Assembly: GCA_050729555.1 (NCBI GenBank)
Contig: JBOHLR010000001.1
Location: 1-58,874, forward strand
DNA length: 58,874 nt
From: Stellaceae bacterium
Lineage (GTDB): Bacteria > Pseudomonadota > Alphaproteobacteria > ATCC43930 > CGMCC-115725
Direction: 5' to 3'
Shown in pieces: positions 19,105 through 29,206 of the stretch (its first letter is position 1; each line of letters begins with the position of its first letter). Both the position numbers and the translations under genes were made by a program. The notes beneath the pieces are model-generated. The model was not told where the DNA came from. It saw nothing but the letters and a program-made list of their open reading frames with translations, and did not search any database.

Positions 19105-20111
19105 CCACAACGCTCGCGCTCACGATGGGGGAGCCGGCGGGAATCGGCGGTGAGATCACGCTCATGGCATGGCGCGATCGCGCTACGAGCGCGGTGCCGC
19201 CGTTCTTCATCATCGACGATCCGGCGCGTCTGGCAACGCTGGCGCGAACCATCGGCGTTGATGTGCCGGTACGCGCGATCGATGACCCGAGCGAGGCCCT
19301 GCGCGTCTTTTCGGGTGCGCTACCTGTCTTCGCCCAGGCTTTGGCGCACCCGCCGATACCCGGCCGGCCCGACCCAGCGAACGCGCCGGCGGTGATCGCC
19401 GCCATCGAACGCGCCGTGACGCTCGTACGCAGCCAGCAGGCGAGCGCCGTGGTCACCAATCCCATCCAGAAAGAGACGCTCTACGACGCCGGTTTCGCCC
19501 ACCCCGGCCATACCGAATTCCTGGGCGCGCTCGCGCATGTCGCGCATCCCGTGATGATGCTGGTCGGTCCCGAACTCCGCGTCGTGCCGGTCACCATCCA
19601 TCTGTCGCTGGTTGACGCACTTGCAGCGCTCTCGACAGCGGCGATCGTGACGTGCGGCCGCGCGACGGCCGCGGCGCTAACGCGCGATTTCGGCATTGTC
19701 CGGCCACGGCTCGCGGTTGCGGCGCTCAATCCGCACGCCGGCGAGGCCGGCGCGATGGGGCATGAGGAACGCGACATCATCGCACCGGCGGTGGCGGCGC
19801 TCGCGGCGCAGGGTATCGACGTCAGCGGCCCGGCGCCCGCCGACACGCTGTTCCATGGGGGGGCGCGAATCCGCTACGACGCGGTACTCTGCATGTATCA
19901 CGACCAGGCGTTGATCCCACTGAAGACGCTCGACTTCGAGCGCGGCATCAACATTACGCTGGGCCTGCCCTTCATCCGCACGTCGCCCGACCATGGCACG
20001 GCGCTCGACATCGCCGGCCGGGGCGTCGCCAATCCGGCCAGCTTGATCGCCGCCCTGACGACGGCCGGCGCCATGGCGGCACGGCGCGCTACGCAATCGG
20101 CCGAGGCCTGA
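19101..20111 (+). CDS. pdxA: 4-hydroxythreonine-4-phosphate dehydrogenase
   Basis: Contains [37 protein letters not shown] and DIAG.G.ANP. There is an ATGA overlap with the surA stop. Confidence 0.93.
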   Translation: MTTTLALTMGEPAGIGGEITLMAWRDRATSAVPPFFIIDDPARLATLARTIGVDVPVRAIDDPSEALRVFSGALPVFAQALAHPPIPGRPDPANAPAVIAAIERAVTLVRSQQASAVVTNPIQKETLYDAGFAHPGHTEFLGALAHVAHPVMMLVGPELRVVPVTIHLSLVDALAALSTAAIVTCGRATAAALTRDFGIVRPRLAVAALNPHAGEAGAMGHEERDIIAPAVAALAAQGIDVSGPAPADTLFHGGARIRYDAVLCMYHDQALIPLKTLDFERGINITLGLPFIRTSPDHGTALDIAGRGVANPASLIAALTTAGAMAARRATQSAEA

Positions 20112-20119
20112 GAACCGGC

Positions 20120-20959
20120 TTGGCGGACGACACGCCGCCTCTGCCGCCGTTGCGCGACGTCATCCGACGCCATGGGCTGGCGGCGCGGAAGACGCTCGGC
20201 CAGAATTTCCTGCTCGACCTCAACCTGACACGGCGCATCGCGCGCAGCGCGGCGCCGCTCGCCGCGTGCAATGTCCTTGAAATCGGTCCCGGCCCCGGCG
20301 GATTGACGCGGGCGCTGCTGCTCGAGGGCGCGCACCGCGTCGTCGCGATCGAGCGCGACGAACGATACCTGCCGGCACTTGCGGAGCTTGCGGCTGCGTT
20401 TCCCGGTCGCCTTGAGATCGTGCCGGGCGATGCGCTGACGATCGATCCGGCAAGTTTGGTTCCAGCACCGCGCAAGATTGTCGCCAACCTGCCCTACAAT
20501 GTCGCCACCCCGCTGCTGATCGCCTGGCTGCCGCGCATCGCGGATTTCGTCGATTTCACGCTCATGTTCCAGAAGGAAGTCGCCGCGCGGCTCGCGGCCG
20601 CATCAGGCTCGCGCGACTATGGGCGGCTGTCCGTCTTGACCCAATGGCTCGCCACCGTCGAACGCCTGTTCGACATCGCACCCAAGGCCTTCGTGCCGCC
20701 GCCCAAGGTGACGTCGACGGTCGTGCGTCTGACGCCGCGGTCGGCACCGCAAGCGTCTTGCGACCAGGCGACGCTGGAGCGCGTCACCGCCGCCGCGTTC
20801 GGTCAGCGACGCAAGATGCTGCGGCAGAGTCTGAAATCACTCGGCGACGCCGCCGCCTTGCTGGGCGCCGCGAACGTCGAACCGACGGCGCGGGCGGAGA
20901 CCTTGACGGTTGTGGAATTCTGCGCGCTCGCGCGGGCGCTGACCGCGAAAGCGCCTTAG
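20120..20959 (+). CDS. rsmA: 16S rRNA (adenine1518/1519-N6)-dimethyltransferase
   Basis: Contains [29 protein letters not shown] and FVPPPKVTS. Confidence 0.95.
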   Translation: MADDTPPLPPLRDVIRRHGLAARKTLGQNFLLDLNLTRRIARSAAPLAACNVLEIGPGPGGLTRALLLEGAHRVVAIERDERYLPALAELAAAFPGRLEIVPGDALTIDPASLVPAPRKIVANLPYNVATPLLIAWLPRIADFVDFTLMFQKEVAARLAAASGSRDYGRLSVLTQWLATVERLFDIAPKAFVPPPKVTSTVVRLTPRSAPQASCDQATLERVTAAAFGQRRKMLRQSLKSLGDAAALLGAANVEPTARAETLTVVEFCALARALTAKAP

Positions 20960-21591
20960 ACGCGGCGCAGACGGTTGACGAACTCGTCGAGGCCGAGCTG
21001 GCGTTGCCGGCGCAAGCGCTCGGCGGCGAGAATAGCGGCGACTTCAGCGATGCTTTTCTCCAGCGTGCGGTTGACCACGACATAGTCGTATTCCGCCCAA
21101 TGGCTCATTTCGTCAGACGATTTCGCCATCCGCGCGCGAACCACGTCGCGGCTGTCCTGCGCCCGCCGTTTGAGGCGACTTTCGAGCGCGGCAACGCTGG
21201 GCGGAAGGATGAACACAGAAACCAGATCGTCGCGCATGCGCGCCTTCATCTGCTGCGTGCCCTGCCAATCGACGTCACTGACGATGTCGGTGCCGCTCTC
21301 GAGCGCGCGCATCACCGGCGCCAGCGGCGTGCCGTAATGGTGGCCAAAGACCTGGGCATGCTCCAGCAGCTCGCCATTCTGCACCATGGCGGTGAACCGT
21401 TCGGATGTGACGAAGTAATAATGCTTGCCCTCGGTCTCGCCGGGCCGCGGCGGCCGTGTGGTTGCCGAAACCGAAAGGTTGAGCGTGCGATCGCGCTTGA
21501 CCAAGGCGCGAGTGATTGTCGTCTTGCCGGCGCCGGATGGTGACGACAGCACCAGAAGAATTCCGCGTCGTTTGATGCCGTGCACCGCCAT
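20956..21591 (-). CDS. gmk: Guanylate kinase
   Basis: Contains [14 protein letters not shown] (P-loop), TTRPPRPGE and G.HYYFV. Start reset to [10 protein letters not shown] at 21591. Confidence 0.93.
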   Translation of the reverse strand: MAVHGIKRRGILLVLSSPSGAGKTTITRALVKRDRTLNLSVSATTRPPRPGETEGKHYYFVTSERFTAMVQNGELLEHAQVFGHHYGTPLAPVMRALESGTDIVSDVDWQGTQQMKARMRDDLVSVFILPPSVAALESRLKRRAQDSRDVVRARMAKSSDEMSHWAEYDYVVVNRTLEKSIAEVAAILAAERLRRQRQLGLDEFVNRLRRV

Positions 21592-21593
21592 GG

Positions 21594-22481
21594 CTACTCG
21601 ATGTTCTGAACCTGTTCGCGCAACTGCTCGATGGCGGCTTTGAGACCGAGCGCCACCCGCGTCAATGCGAGGTCCGGGGATTTCGAGGCGAGCGTGTTGG
21701 CCTCGCGATTGAATTCCTGGCACAGAAAATCGAAGCGGCGGCCGATCGGCCCACCTTCCTTCAGCAAGCCGCGCGCCGCATCGACATGCGCAGCGAGCCG
21801 GTCGAGTTCTTCGCGCACGTCGCCACGCGCGACGATGAGCGCGGCTTCTTGCGCCAGACGCTCTTCCGGTAGCGCTGGGACCGCCTCGAGCAGCGCCGCG
21901 ATCTGCTCCTTGAGCCGCGCCTTGGCCGCCGCCGGCTGCGCCGCGGCCGTGCGCTCCGCCACGCCCGCCAGCGCCGTGATCTCGGCCAGCCGCGCCTCAA
22001 GTGTCGGCACCAACCGCTGGCCTTCGGCCAGACGCATCGCCGCCAGGGCATGGAGCGCCATCTCGAAATCGCGCTGGATCGCGGCTTGCCTCTGGTCGTC
22101 GGCGGGATTTTCGGCCGCCTCGTCGCCGCTTTCCAGCACGCCTTTCAACGCCAGCAGGCCGTCGATCCGCGGCGGCGCAGCGCCGGTCTCCCGCGCCAGC
22201 TCTTTGGCGAGCGCCATGATTTCTGCCAGCGCGGTGCGATTGACCCTCAGCGGCGCGGTACCGAGCGATTTCGTCACCGTCAGCGTGACGCTGACGGCGC
22301 CGCGCTTCAGCCGTTCGGCCAACGCCGCGCGCAATTTGGGTTCAAGCGCATCGTAGCCGGCCGGCAGCCGGCAGCGTAAATCGAGCGATTTCGAATTGAC
22401 GCTCTTGATCTCCCACACCCACGCGAGTCCGTTGGCATGCCCCTCCGACCGCGCGAATCCGGTCATGCTGGCAACGCTCAT
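21594..22481 (-). CDS. yicC: YicC-family stress-induced protein
   Basis: N-terminus is SMTGFARSEG...WEIKSVNSKSLDLRCRLP. The C-terminus GRRFDFLCQEFNREANTLASKS...LREQVQNIE is the YicC/DUF1732 signature. Start may be 22481 or 22466. Confidence 0.88.
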   Translation of the reverse strand: MSVASMTGFARSEGHANGLAWVWEIKSVNSKSLDLRCRLPAGYDALEPKLRAALAERLKRGAVSVTLTVTKSLGTAPLRVNRTALAEIMALAKELARETGAAPPRIDGLLALKGVLESGDEAAENPADDQRQAAIQRDFEMALHALAAMRLAEGQRLVPTLEARLAEITALAGVAERTAAAQPAAAKARLKEQIAALLEAVPALPEERLAQEAALIVARGDVREELDRLAAHVDAARGLLKEGGPIGRRFDFLCQEFNREANTLASKSPDLALTRVALGLKAAIEQLREQVQNIE

Positions 22482-22548
22482 GGCAGGGCGAATCCTCTGT
22501 GTAGCCCAGAGCTTATAGCCTTGGCTCGCCGCGGCAACAACAGCAGCG

Positions 22549-23544
22549 CTATTGTCCGGCGCCGGCTGTTTTGGCCTGTGTGTGCGTGCGCAGCTCGCCG
22601 ATGTTCTTGTCCTGCTGCGCGAGTGTCTTGGCAAAGCGATGGCCGCCGTCGCCATCGGCGACAAAGTAGAGCTCGCCGCGTAGATCGGGATGCGCCGCTG
22701 CAATAAGCGCCGCCTCGCCCGGATTGCAGATCGGTGTCGGCGGCAGGCCCTTGAATTTATAGGTGTTGTACGGCGTATCGACGAGCAGATCGTCGTGACC
22801 AAGCGCGCGACCGAGCGGCTTTCGGCCACCATTGGTCAAACCGTAGATCACCGTCGGATCTGCCTGCAGCGGCATGTTGATGCGCAGTCGGTCGATATAG
22901 ACGCCAGCGACTCGCGGGCGCTCATCCGCGCGCGCGGTTTCGCGTTCGATGATCGAGGCCAACGTCACCATCTGCTGTGCGTTGGCAAGCGGCAGATTCG
23001 GCGCGCGTCCGGCCCACGCTTTTGCCACGACCGCGTCCATCGCGTGCGTCATGCGCGCGATCACCTCGTTGCGTTGCTCGCCATAGATATAGAAATAGGT
23101 TTGCGGCAGCACGCTGCCTTCGGGCGGCGGAATCGTAATCGTGCCGTCGAGCGCGGGCGCCGCGTCGACCTGCGCCACGATATCGGCGCTGGTGAGGCCT
23201 TCGGCCACCGTCAGTTTATGGCGCACGACCTTGCCGGATAGCAGCAGGTCGATCACCGCCCGCGGACTGATCGCCGCGGCGAATTCGTACTCGCCCGCCT
23301 TCAGTCGGTCGGCGGTGCCGGTCACACGCGCGGCGGCGGCAAACGCCCACGGATGCGCGATGACGTCAGCATCGCCGAGGGTTTCGGCAACCTGATCGAC
23401 GCTCGACCCTTTGGGTACGACGATGATTTTGGCTTTGACGAGCGGTCCGACGGCGAAGTAAACGCCGACGCCCCATCCGAGCACAGCCGCCGCCACGACC
23501 ACCAGGGCGATGATCCCCAGCGCGCCGTAACGGAGCCACCGCAT
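22549..23544 (-). CDS. mltG: Endolytic murein transglycosylase MltG (YceG-like)
   Basis: An N-terminal TM is followed by LASIIERET, VYINRLRI-like (VYIDRLRINMPLQADPTVIYG), YNTY...GLPP.PI.NPG and YFVADG.GGH.F. Confidence 0.92.
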   Translation of the reverse strand: MRWLRYGALGIIALVVVAAAVLGWGVGVYFAVGPLVKAKIIVVPKGSSVDQVAETLGDADVIAHPWAFAAAARVTGTADRLKAGEYEFAAAISPRAVIDLLLSGKVVRHKLTVAEGLTSADIVAQVDAAPALDGTITIPPPEGSVLPQTYFYIYGEQRNEVIARMTHAMDAVVAKAWAGRAPNLPLANAQQMVTLASIIERETARADERPRVAGVYIDRLRINMPLQADPTVIYGLTNGGRKPLGRALGHDDLLVDTPYNTYKFKGLPPTPICNPGEAALIAAAHPDLRGELYFVADGDGGHRFAKTLAQQDKNIGELRTHTQAKTAGAGQ

Positions 23545-23545
23545 A

Positions 23546-24808
23546 TTAGGGCGCCGGGCCGAAGATCAGCGACGCGTTGGTCCCGCCAAATCCGAAGGAA
23601 TTGCTCAACGCGTAACGCACCGGTCGCTGCTTCGCCTCGAGCGGCACGAGATCGATGTCGCAGCTCGGCGACGGGTTTTCGAGATTGAGCGTGGGCGGCA
23701 CCGTGCAATCGCGCAACGCCAGGATCGAAAAGATCGCTTCGACGCTGCCGGCGGCGCCCAACAGATGGCCGATCGCCGACTTGGTCGACGACATCGACAG
23801 TTTGTAGGCCGCGTCGCCGAACAGCCGCTTGACGGCGCCAAGTTCTATCTCATCACCAAGGGGCGTCGAGGTGCCGTGCGCGTTGACGTAATCGATCTGC
23901 TCGGGCGTGAGCTTGGCGCGGTTGAGCGCGTTGCGCATGGCGCGGAATGCGCCGCTGCCGTCCTCGGCCGGCGCCGTGATGTGGTGCGCATCGCCGGACA
24001 TGCCATAGCCGACCACCTCGGCGTAGATCTTGGCACCGCGCTTCTTGGCATGCTCGAGGTCCTCGAGCACGACGATGCCGGAGCCTTCACCCATCACGAA
24101 GCCGTCGCGGTCGCGATCCCACGGGCGCGAGGCGCGTTGAGGCTCGTCGTTGAACTTGGTCGACAGCGCCCGCGCCGCGGCGAAACCGGCGATGCCGATG
24201 CGACAGATCGCGGCTTCGGTGCCGCCGGCGACCATCACGTCGGCGTCGTCCCACATGATGATCCGCGCGGCGTCGCCGATCGCATGCGCGCCGGTCGAGC
24301 ACGCGGTCACCACGGCGTGATTGGGGCCGCTGAAGCCGTATCGGATCGAAACGTGGCCCGACGCCAGGTTGATCAGGCTAGCCGGAATGAAGAACGGCGA
24401 CAGCCGGCGCGGGCCCTTTTCGTGGACGGTCAGCGCGCCTTCGGTGATGGCAGGCAATCCGCCGATACCGGAGCCGATCATCACACCAGTGCGCTCGCGA
24501 TCGACCGGATCGATCGGCTTCCAACCGGAATCCTCAACCGCCTGCTGCGCCGCCGCCAGCGCGAAGACGATGAACTCGTCCATCTTGCGCTGTTCCTTGG
24601 GCGGAACCCAATCGTCGACATTGAACGAGCCCGATGCAGTCTCGCCGCGCGGCACCTGACCGGCGATCTTCGCCGGCAAGTCCGACACGTCGAAATTCTG
24701 GATTGCGCGTATGCCGGATTGGCCTTCGAGCAGGCGTTTCCAGACAGTCTCCGTCCCCACGCCCAAAGGCGTGACGACGCCGCAGCCGGTCACGACAACG
24801 CGTCTCAT
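23546..24808 (-). CDS. fabF: Beta-ketoacyl-ACP synthase II
   Basis: Contains RRVVVTG.G.VTPLG, active-site ACSTGAHAIGDA, NAHGTSTP.GD and SNSFGFGGTN. Confidence 0.97.
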   Translation of the reverse strand: MRRVVVTGCGVVTPLGVGTETVWKRLLEGQSGIRAIQNFDVSDLPAKIAGQVPRGETASGSFNVDDWVPPKEQRKMDEFIVFALAAAQQAVEDSGWKPIDPVDRERTGVMIGSGIGGLPAITEGALTVHEKGPRRLSPFFIPASLINLASGHVSIRYGFSGPNHAVVTACSTGAHAIGDAARIIMWDDADVMVAGGTEAAICRIGIAGFAAARALSTKFNDEPQRASRPWDRDRDGFVMGEGSGIVVLEDLEHAKKRGAKIYAEVVGYGMSGDAHHITAPAEDGSGAFRAMRNALNRAKLTPEQIDYVNAHGTSTPLGDEIELGAVKRLFGDAAYKLSMSSTKSAIGHLLGAAGSVEAIFSILALRDCTVPPTLNLENPSPSCDIDLVPLEAKQRPVRYALSNSFGFGGTNASLIFGPAP

Positions 24809-24818
24809 GGACGAAACG

Positions 24819-25055
24819 CTAGGATTTGTGCTGCTCGATAAAGCTCACCGCGTCCTTCACGGTCACGATCTTCTCGGCCGCATCGTCGGGAATTTCGCAG
24901 CCGAATTCCTCTTCGAACGCCATGACCAATTCGACGGTATCGAGGCTGTCGGCGCCCAGATCGTCGATGAAGCTGGCGTTCTCGGTGACTTTTGAGTCGT
25001 CAACACCCAGATGCTCGACGACGATTTTCTTAACCCGGTCGGCGATATCGCTCAT
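24819..25055 (-). CDS. acpP: Acyl carrier protein
   Basis: Contains [20 protein letters not shown], including the phosphopantetheine-attachment Ser. Confidence 0.98.
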   Translation of the reverse strand: MSDIADRVKKIVVEHLGVDDSKVTENASFIDDLGADSLDTVELVMAFEEEFGCEIPDDAAEKIVTVKDAVSFIEQHKS

Positions 25056-25212
25056 GAGACTTACCTCAGTAAGATTGACGCGCTGCTCGCTACAAATGTT
25101 GGTTGATCAAGGTGTTAGACACCCGCCCGTACGCCCGGGCTACGCCGTCGGACGAGGCGGGGCTGACATAACATAGATGGCGGGCCATGGCCACCCTCGT
25201 TCGAATGGCGGT

Positions 25213-25950
25213 TCACAGCATCGCCAAGCCGCCGTTGACGTGAAGCGTGTGACCGGTGACGTACCGCGATTCGTCGCTGGCGAGAAACAGAACACAGGCT
25301 GCGACCTCGTCCGGCGCGCCTTGCCGGCCCAGCGGAATGGCGGTTTCGAGCTTTGCCTTCTGCTCAGCCGACAGCACTTCGGTCATCGCCGTCGCGATAA
25401 AACCGGGCGCGACGCAATTGACCGTGATGCCGCGCGACGCAACTTCGGCGGCAAGCGCCTTGGTCATGCCGATCATGCCGGCTTTCGCCGCGGCGTAATT
25501 TGCCTGACCCGGATTGCCGGTGCTGCCGACGACCGAGCCGATGCCGATGATGCGGCCCCAGCGTCGTTTCATCATGCCGCGCAACGCCGCACGCGCGAGC
25601 CGGAAGCCAGCGGTGAGATCGACTTCGATCACTTTGGCCCAATCTTCATCTTTCATCCGCAAGGCCAGCCCGTCTTTCGTCAGGCCGGCGTTGTTGACCA
25701 AAATGTCGAGCTGGCCGAATCGTTCATCGGCCGCTTTGATCAACGCCTCGGCCGACGCCGGGTCACTGAGATCGGCGGAAGCGATTTCCGCGCGCGCGCC
25801 CAGCGCTTCTTTGAGCGCCGTCAATTTGTCGACCTTGGTGCCGGCCAGCAGCACCTTGGCGCCGGCGCCATGCAACGCGCGAGCGATCGCGCCGCCGATC
25901 CCGCCCGATGCGCCGGTGACCAGCGCCGCTTTGCCGTCTAGGTCGAACAT
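25213..25950 (-). CDS. fabG: 3-oxoacyl-ACP reductase
   Basis: Contains MFDLDGKAALVTGASGGIG, NNAG, NYAAAKAG and ITVNCVAPGFI. Start reset from 26298 to 25950. Confidence 0.95.
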   Translation of the reverse strand: MFDLDGKAALVTGASGGIGGAIARALHGAGAKVLLAGTKVDKLTALKEALGARAEIASADLSDPASAEALIKAADERFGQLDILVNNAGLTKDGLALRMKDEDWAKVIEVDLTAGFRLARAALRGMMKRRWGRIIGIGSVVGSTGNPGQANYAAAKAGMIGMTKALAAEVASRGITVNCVAPGFIATAMTEVLSAEQKAKLETAIPLGRQGAPDEVAACVLFLASDESRYVTGHTLHVNGGLAML

Positions 25951-25967
25951 GGAATTCCTTCCGCCGT

Positions 25968-26909
25968 TCACAGCGTCTTGAGAAAGGCCTCGATCTCGGC
26001 CGGCGTACCGAGCGACTGACCGGTCATCTCGCGGTCGATCCGCTTGGCGAGGCCGCTCAGCACGCGGCCCGAGCCGACTTCGACCAATGCGCTCACGCCC
26101 TGGCCCTTCATGTAAAGCACGCACTCGCGCCAGCGCACCAGGCCGGTGACCTGCTGCACCAGCAGGTCCTTGATCTCGGCCGGATCGCGCACCGCCGTGG
26201 CGGTCACGTTGGCAACCACCGGCACCACCGGCTCGACGAACGTGACCGCCGCCAGCGCCTCTGCCATCTCGCGCGCCGCCGGCTCCATCAACGCACAATG
26301 GAACGGCGCGCTCACGGGCAGCATGATGGCGCGTTTGGCGCCGCGCGTCGCGGCGTGCACCACCGCGCGCTCGACCGCCGTCCGATGACCGCTAACCACG
26401 ACCTGACCGGCACCGTTGTCGTTCGCCGCCTCGAGCACTTCGCCTTGCGCCGCTTCGCTGGCGACGGCGCGTGCCGCATCGAGTTCGAGCCCGAGCAGCG
26501 CCGCCATTGCCCCCACGCCAACGGGCACGGCACGCTGCATCGCCCGGCCGCGCAGCTTCAACAGCCGCGCCGCATCGGCGACCGAAACCGCGTGCGCCGC
26601 CGCGTGCGCCGAATACTCGCCCAGCGAATGGCCGGCAACGAACGCGGCGTGGCGCTTCAGGTCGAGGCCGCCGTCTTTTTCCATCACGCGCATCGCCGCC
26701 AGGCTCACCGCCATCAGCGCGGGCTGCGCGTTCTCGGTAAGGACCAGCTCGTTCTCCGGTCCCTCGAACATCAGGCGCGACAGATTCTGCTTCAGCGCCT
26801 CGTCGACCTCGCCGAACACAGCGCGCGCCGTCGCGAACGCAGCATGCACCTCGCGGCCCATACCGACCGCCTGCGAACCCTGACCGGGAAAAACGAATGC
26901 GCGGCGCAT
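25968..26909 (-). CDS. fabD: Malonyl-CoA:ACP transacylase
   Basis: Contains FVFPGQGSQ..GMG, GHSLGEYSA (active-site Ser) and VSAPFH. Confidence 0.96.
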   Translation of the reverse strand: MRRAFVFPGQGSQAVGMGREVHAAFATARAVFGEVDEALKQNLSRLMFEGPENELVLTENAQPALMAVSLAAMRVMEKDGGLDLKRHAAFVAGHSLGEYSAHAAAHAVSVADAARLLKLRGRAMQRAVPVGVGAMAALLGLELDAARAVASEAAQGEVLEAANDNGAGQVVVSGHRTAVERAVVHAATRGAKRAIMLPVSAPFHCALMEPAAREMAEALAAVTFVEPVVPVVANVTATAVRDPAEIKDLLVQQVTGLVRWRECVLYMKGQGVSALVEVGSGRVLSGLAKRIDREMTGQSLGTPAEIEAFLKTL

Positions 26910-26921
26910 GCTCGACTCAGG

Positions 26922-27206
26922 TCAAAACCGGACCGGCGTCATCGCGGTGTATGGTTGGCAGCGCAACTGCCAATCAAGAATCTTCTCCTGATCTTCGGCC
27001 GGCTCGACATCTTTTTTCTGCACGTCGTAGCCGGGCACGGTGCAAATCTGATTCGCCTTCCACGCGAGCAGCTTCTGTGCCGCGGCATCGTCGGCCGCCT
27101 TGCCCGTCGCGGCGGACACGCCAATCACGTCGCGCGCCGGATCGCGATCGATCGGTACGCAACCGGCGACGAGTGCCGCCAGAGCCGCGAGAAGCCACGC
27201 CCGCAT
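26922..27206 (-). CDS. Small hypothetical lipoprotein (94 aa)
   Basis: Lipobox is MRAWLLAALAALVAG|C. Two further Cys residues are present (NQICTVPGY, LRCQPY). This is the only credible part of the 394-aa ORF-track entry 26922..28106. Confidence 0.55.
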   Translation of the reverse strand: MRAWLLAALAALVAGCVPIDRDPARDVIGVSAATGKAADDAAAQKLLAWKANQICTVPGYDVQKKDVEPAEDQEKILDWQLRCQPYTAMTPVRF

Positions 27207-27323
27207 GATTCCTCCCGGCGCACCGGATACACCCACGTCGGTGGCCTGTAAAGCGGCTGCAACGCACGCGGATCGGGCCGCCGTCGGCGCGAAATGCGGC
27301 GCTTCCGCGGTGCAACGCCTTGC

Positions 27324-27329
27324 TATACT
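27324..27329 (+). promoter_or_regulatory. Candidate -10 box (TATACT) upstream of the Rieske oxygenase alpha gene
   Basis: The sequence cttgcTATACTc ends 24 nt before the ATG at 27354. There is no good -35 box and no obvious Shine-Dalgarno sequence. Confidence 0.2.
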
Positions 27330-27353
27330 CGCCGCCAGCCAGCGACCGCCGCC

Positions 27354-28634
27354 ATGATCGACCGCTACGTCATCGAAGATCGCGCCAAGAACACGTTCTC
27401 GCTGTCGCGCGAGGCGCTGGTCTCGCCGGCCGTGCTCGAGAAAGAGCACCGTGTCGTCTTCGACACTTGCTGGATCTATGTCGGCCACGCCTCGGAACTC
27501 GCCAAGCCTAGCGATTTTCGCACGCGGCATGTCGCGGGACGGCCGGTGATTTTCTGCCGCGACAAGACGGGCGCGATCCATGCGTTGCTGAATTCCTGCC
27601 GCCATCGCGGCGCGACGGTGTGCCGCGAGCGCGAGGGCAATGCGCGCCAATTCATGTGCATGTACCACGGCTGGACCTACGAGACCGACGGCGCGCTCAA
27701 AGCGGTGCCCGGCCCCGAAGCCTATGGCGCCGCGTTCGACAAAGGGAAATTCGGATTGGTCGCGGTGCCACGGCTCGAGCACTATCGCGATTTTTATTTC
27801 GCTTGCTTCGATCGCGCCGCGCCGGCGCTCGCCGATTATCTCGCCGGCGCCAAGGAATATATCGACTTGATCATCGATCAATCGCCGTCCGGACGGATGG
27901 AGATCATCGCCGGCGTCCAGGAATACGACGTCAAGGCGAACTGGAAGCTGTTGGTCGAGAACAGCGTCGACGATTATCACCTGCCGACGGTGCACACGAC
28001 CTGGCTCAACTACATGAAAAACGCCGGCGTCAACGTACGGCCGCCGAAAGAGGAGGGCCTGTTGCTGCCGTCCAAAGGTTGGGGCAAGGACCTCGGTAAC
28101 GGCCATCTCACCACCGACAACGTCAATTTCCGCGGCCGGCCGGTCGCGCGCTGGATTTCTATCTACGGCGAGGACGCGAAGGCCGATATCGAGGCGATCC
28201 GCCGAGAGCTGGTTACGCGTTTGGGCGAGGAACGCGCCGCGCGCATCGCCGACACCAATCGCAACTTGATCGTCTTTCCCAATCTGGCGCTCAACGACGG
28301 CTCATCGGTGACCGTGCGTACCTTCTTCCCGACGGCGCCCGATCGCATGCGCGTCACCGCCTGGTGCCTCGGTCCGGCCGAGGAAACGCTGGCGCAGCGT
28401 GCGCGGCGGCTGGATGCGTTCCTCACCTTCTACGGACCCGGCGGCTTCGCCACACCCGACGACGTCGCCGCGCTTGAAGCGGTGCAGCAGGGGCTGGCGG
28501 CATGGCGCGAAGTCGGCTGGTCCGACATGTCGCGCGGCATGGCCAAGCCGGCGGATGCGCAACTCAATACTGACGAAGGCCATATGCGGGTGTTCTGGCG
28601 ACGGTGGAGCCAGCTGATGGACCGCGCCGGATGA
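27354..28634 (+). CDS. Aromatic ring-hydroxylating (Rieske non-haem iron) oxygenase, alpha subunit, BenA/AntA-like
   Basis: Rieske motif is CRHRGATVC...CMYHGWTY. The mononuclear Fe motif is NSVDDYHLPTVH. The N-terminus resembles benzoate/anthranilate dioxygenase large subunits. Confidence 0.9.
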   Translation: MIDRYVIEDRAKNTFSLSREALVSPAVLEKEHRVVFDTCWIYVGHASELAKPSDFRTRHVAGRPVIFCRDKTGAIHALLNSCRHRGATVCREREGNARQFMCMYHGWTYETDGALKAVPGPEAYGAAFDKGKFGLVAVPRLEHYRDFYFACFDRAAPALADYLAGAKEYIDLIIDQSPSGRMEIIAGVQEYDVKANWKLLVENSVDDYHLPTVHTTWLNYMKNAGVNVRPPKEEGLLLPSKGWGKDLGNGHLTTDNVNFRGRPVARWISIYGEDAKADIEAIRRELVTRLGEERAARIADTNRNLIVFPNLALNDGSSVTVRTFFPTAPDRMRVTAWCLGPAEETLAQRARRLDAFLTFYGPGGFATPDDVAALEAVQQGLAAWREVGWSDMSRGMAKPADAQLNTDEGHMRVFWRRWSQLMDRAG

Positions 28635-29134
28635 GCGACCGACGCAAGACGGCGAGCGCGACGCGCGAAGAGATCGAAGAATTCCTCTATCGCGAGGCGG
28701 CGTTGCTCGATGCCTGGCAGCTCGACGACTGGCTCGCGCTGACGACCGCGGATTGCGGCTATTACGTGCCGCCCAACGACAAGCCCGGCGCCGACCACCG
28801 CTCGACTCTGTTTACCGTCGCCGACGACCACGCGCGGCTGATCGAGCGCGTCAAACGCCTCAAGGATCCGAGCGCGCACGCCGAATACCCGCCATCGCGG
28901 ACGCGCCGGTTGATCTCGAACGTGCGCGTGACCGGCCACGACAGCGATACGATCGAGGTCGCCGCCAATTTCGTGGTTTATCGCTTCCGCCGCGGCGACG
29001 ACCGGCGCGAATATGTCGGGCATTACCGCTTCAAGCTGCGGCGTGAGAACGGCGCTCTCAAGATCGCCGAACGCCGCGCGATCCTCGACGGCGAGGAGCT
29101 TGGTGCGCTCGGCGCGGTGAGCTTCATTCTCTAG
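28631..29134 (+). CDS. Aromatic ring-hydroxylating oxygenase, beta subunit (NTF2-like)
   Basis: 167 aa. Contains EEIEEFLYREAALLDAWQLDDWLAL, RVKRL and RF.L.RENGALKI. There is an ATGA overlap with the alpha subunit stop. Confidence 0.85.
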   Translation: MSDRRKTASATREEIEEFLYREAALLDAWQLDDWLALTTADCGYYVPPNDKPGADHRSTLFTVADDHARLIERVKRLKDPSAHAEYPPSRTRRLISNVRVTGHDSDTIEVAANFVVYRFRRGDDRREYVGHYRFKLRRENGALKIAERRAILDGEELGALGAVSFIL

Positions 29135-29178
29135 CACGCCGCGTTATTAAGTCCCTGCGCCATCAGCGGTTTTGCCGC

Positions 29179-29206
29179 TTGCACCGCCCCCATCTTGCTG
29201 TATATT
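29179..29206 (+). promoter_or_regulatory. Candidate sigma70 promoter of the rpsF-rpsR-rplI operon
   Basis: TTGCAC (29179-29184), a 16-nt spacer, then TATATT (29201-29206). Confidence 0.5.

Noticed and set aside
25199-25206. GTTCGAAT (tRNA T-loop-like) in the acpP-fabG spacer; a similar GTTCGAATC occurs near 53853
   Set aside because: The flanking bases cannot form a T-stem, and no acceptor or anticodon arms can be drawn. These are chance matches, not tRNA genes.
27207-28106. Upstream 300 codons of the 394-aa minus-strand ORF 26922..28106
   Set aside because: It overlaps the Rieske alpha subunit, which has complete CxH/CxxH and Fe-binding motifs on the plus strand. Only the last 94 codons, starting at a lipobox-containing Met (27206), look like a real gene.
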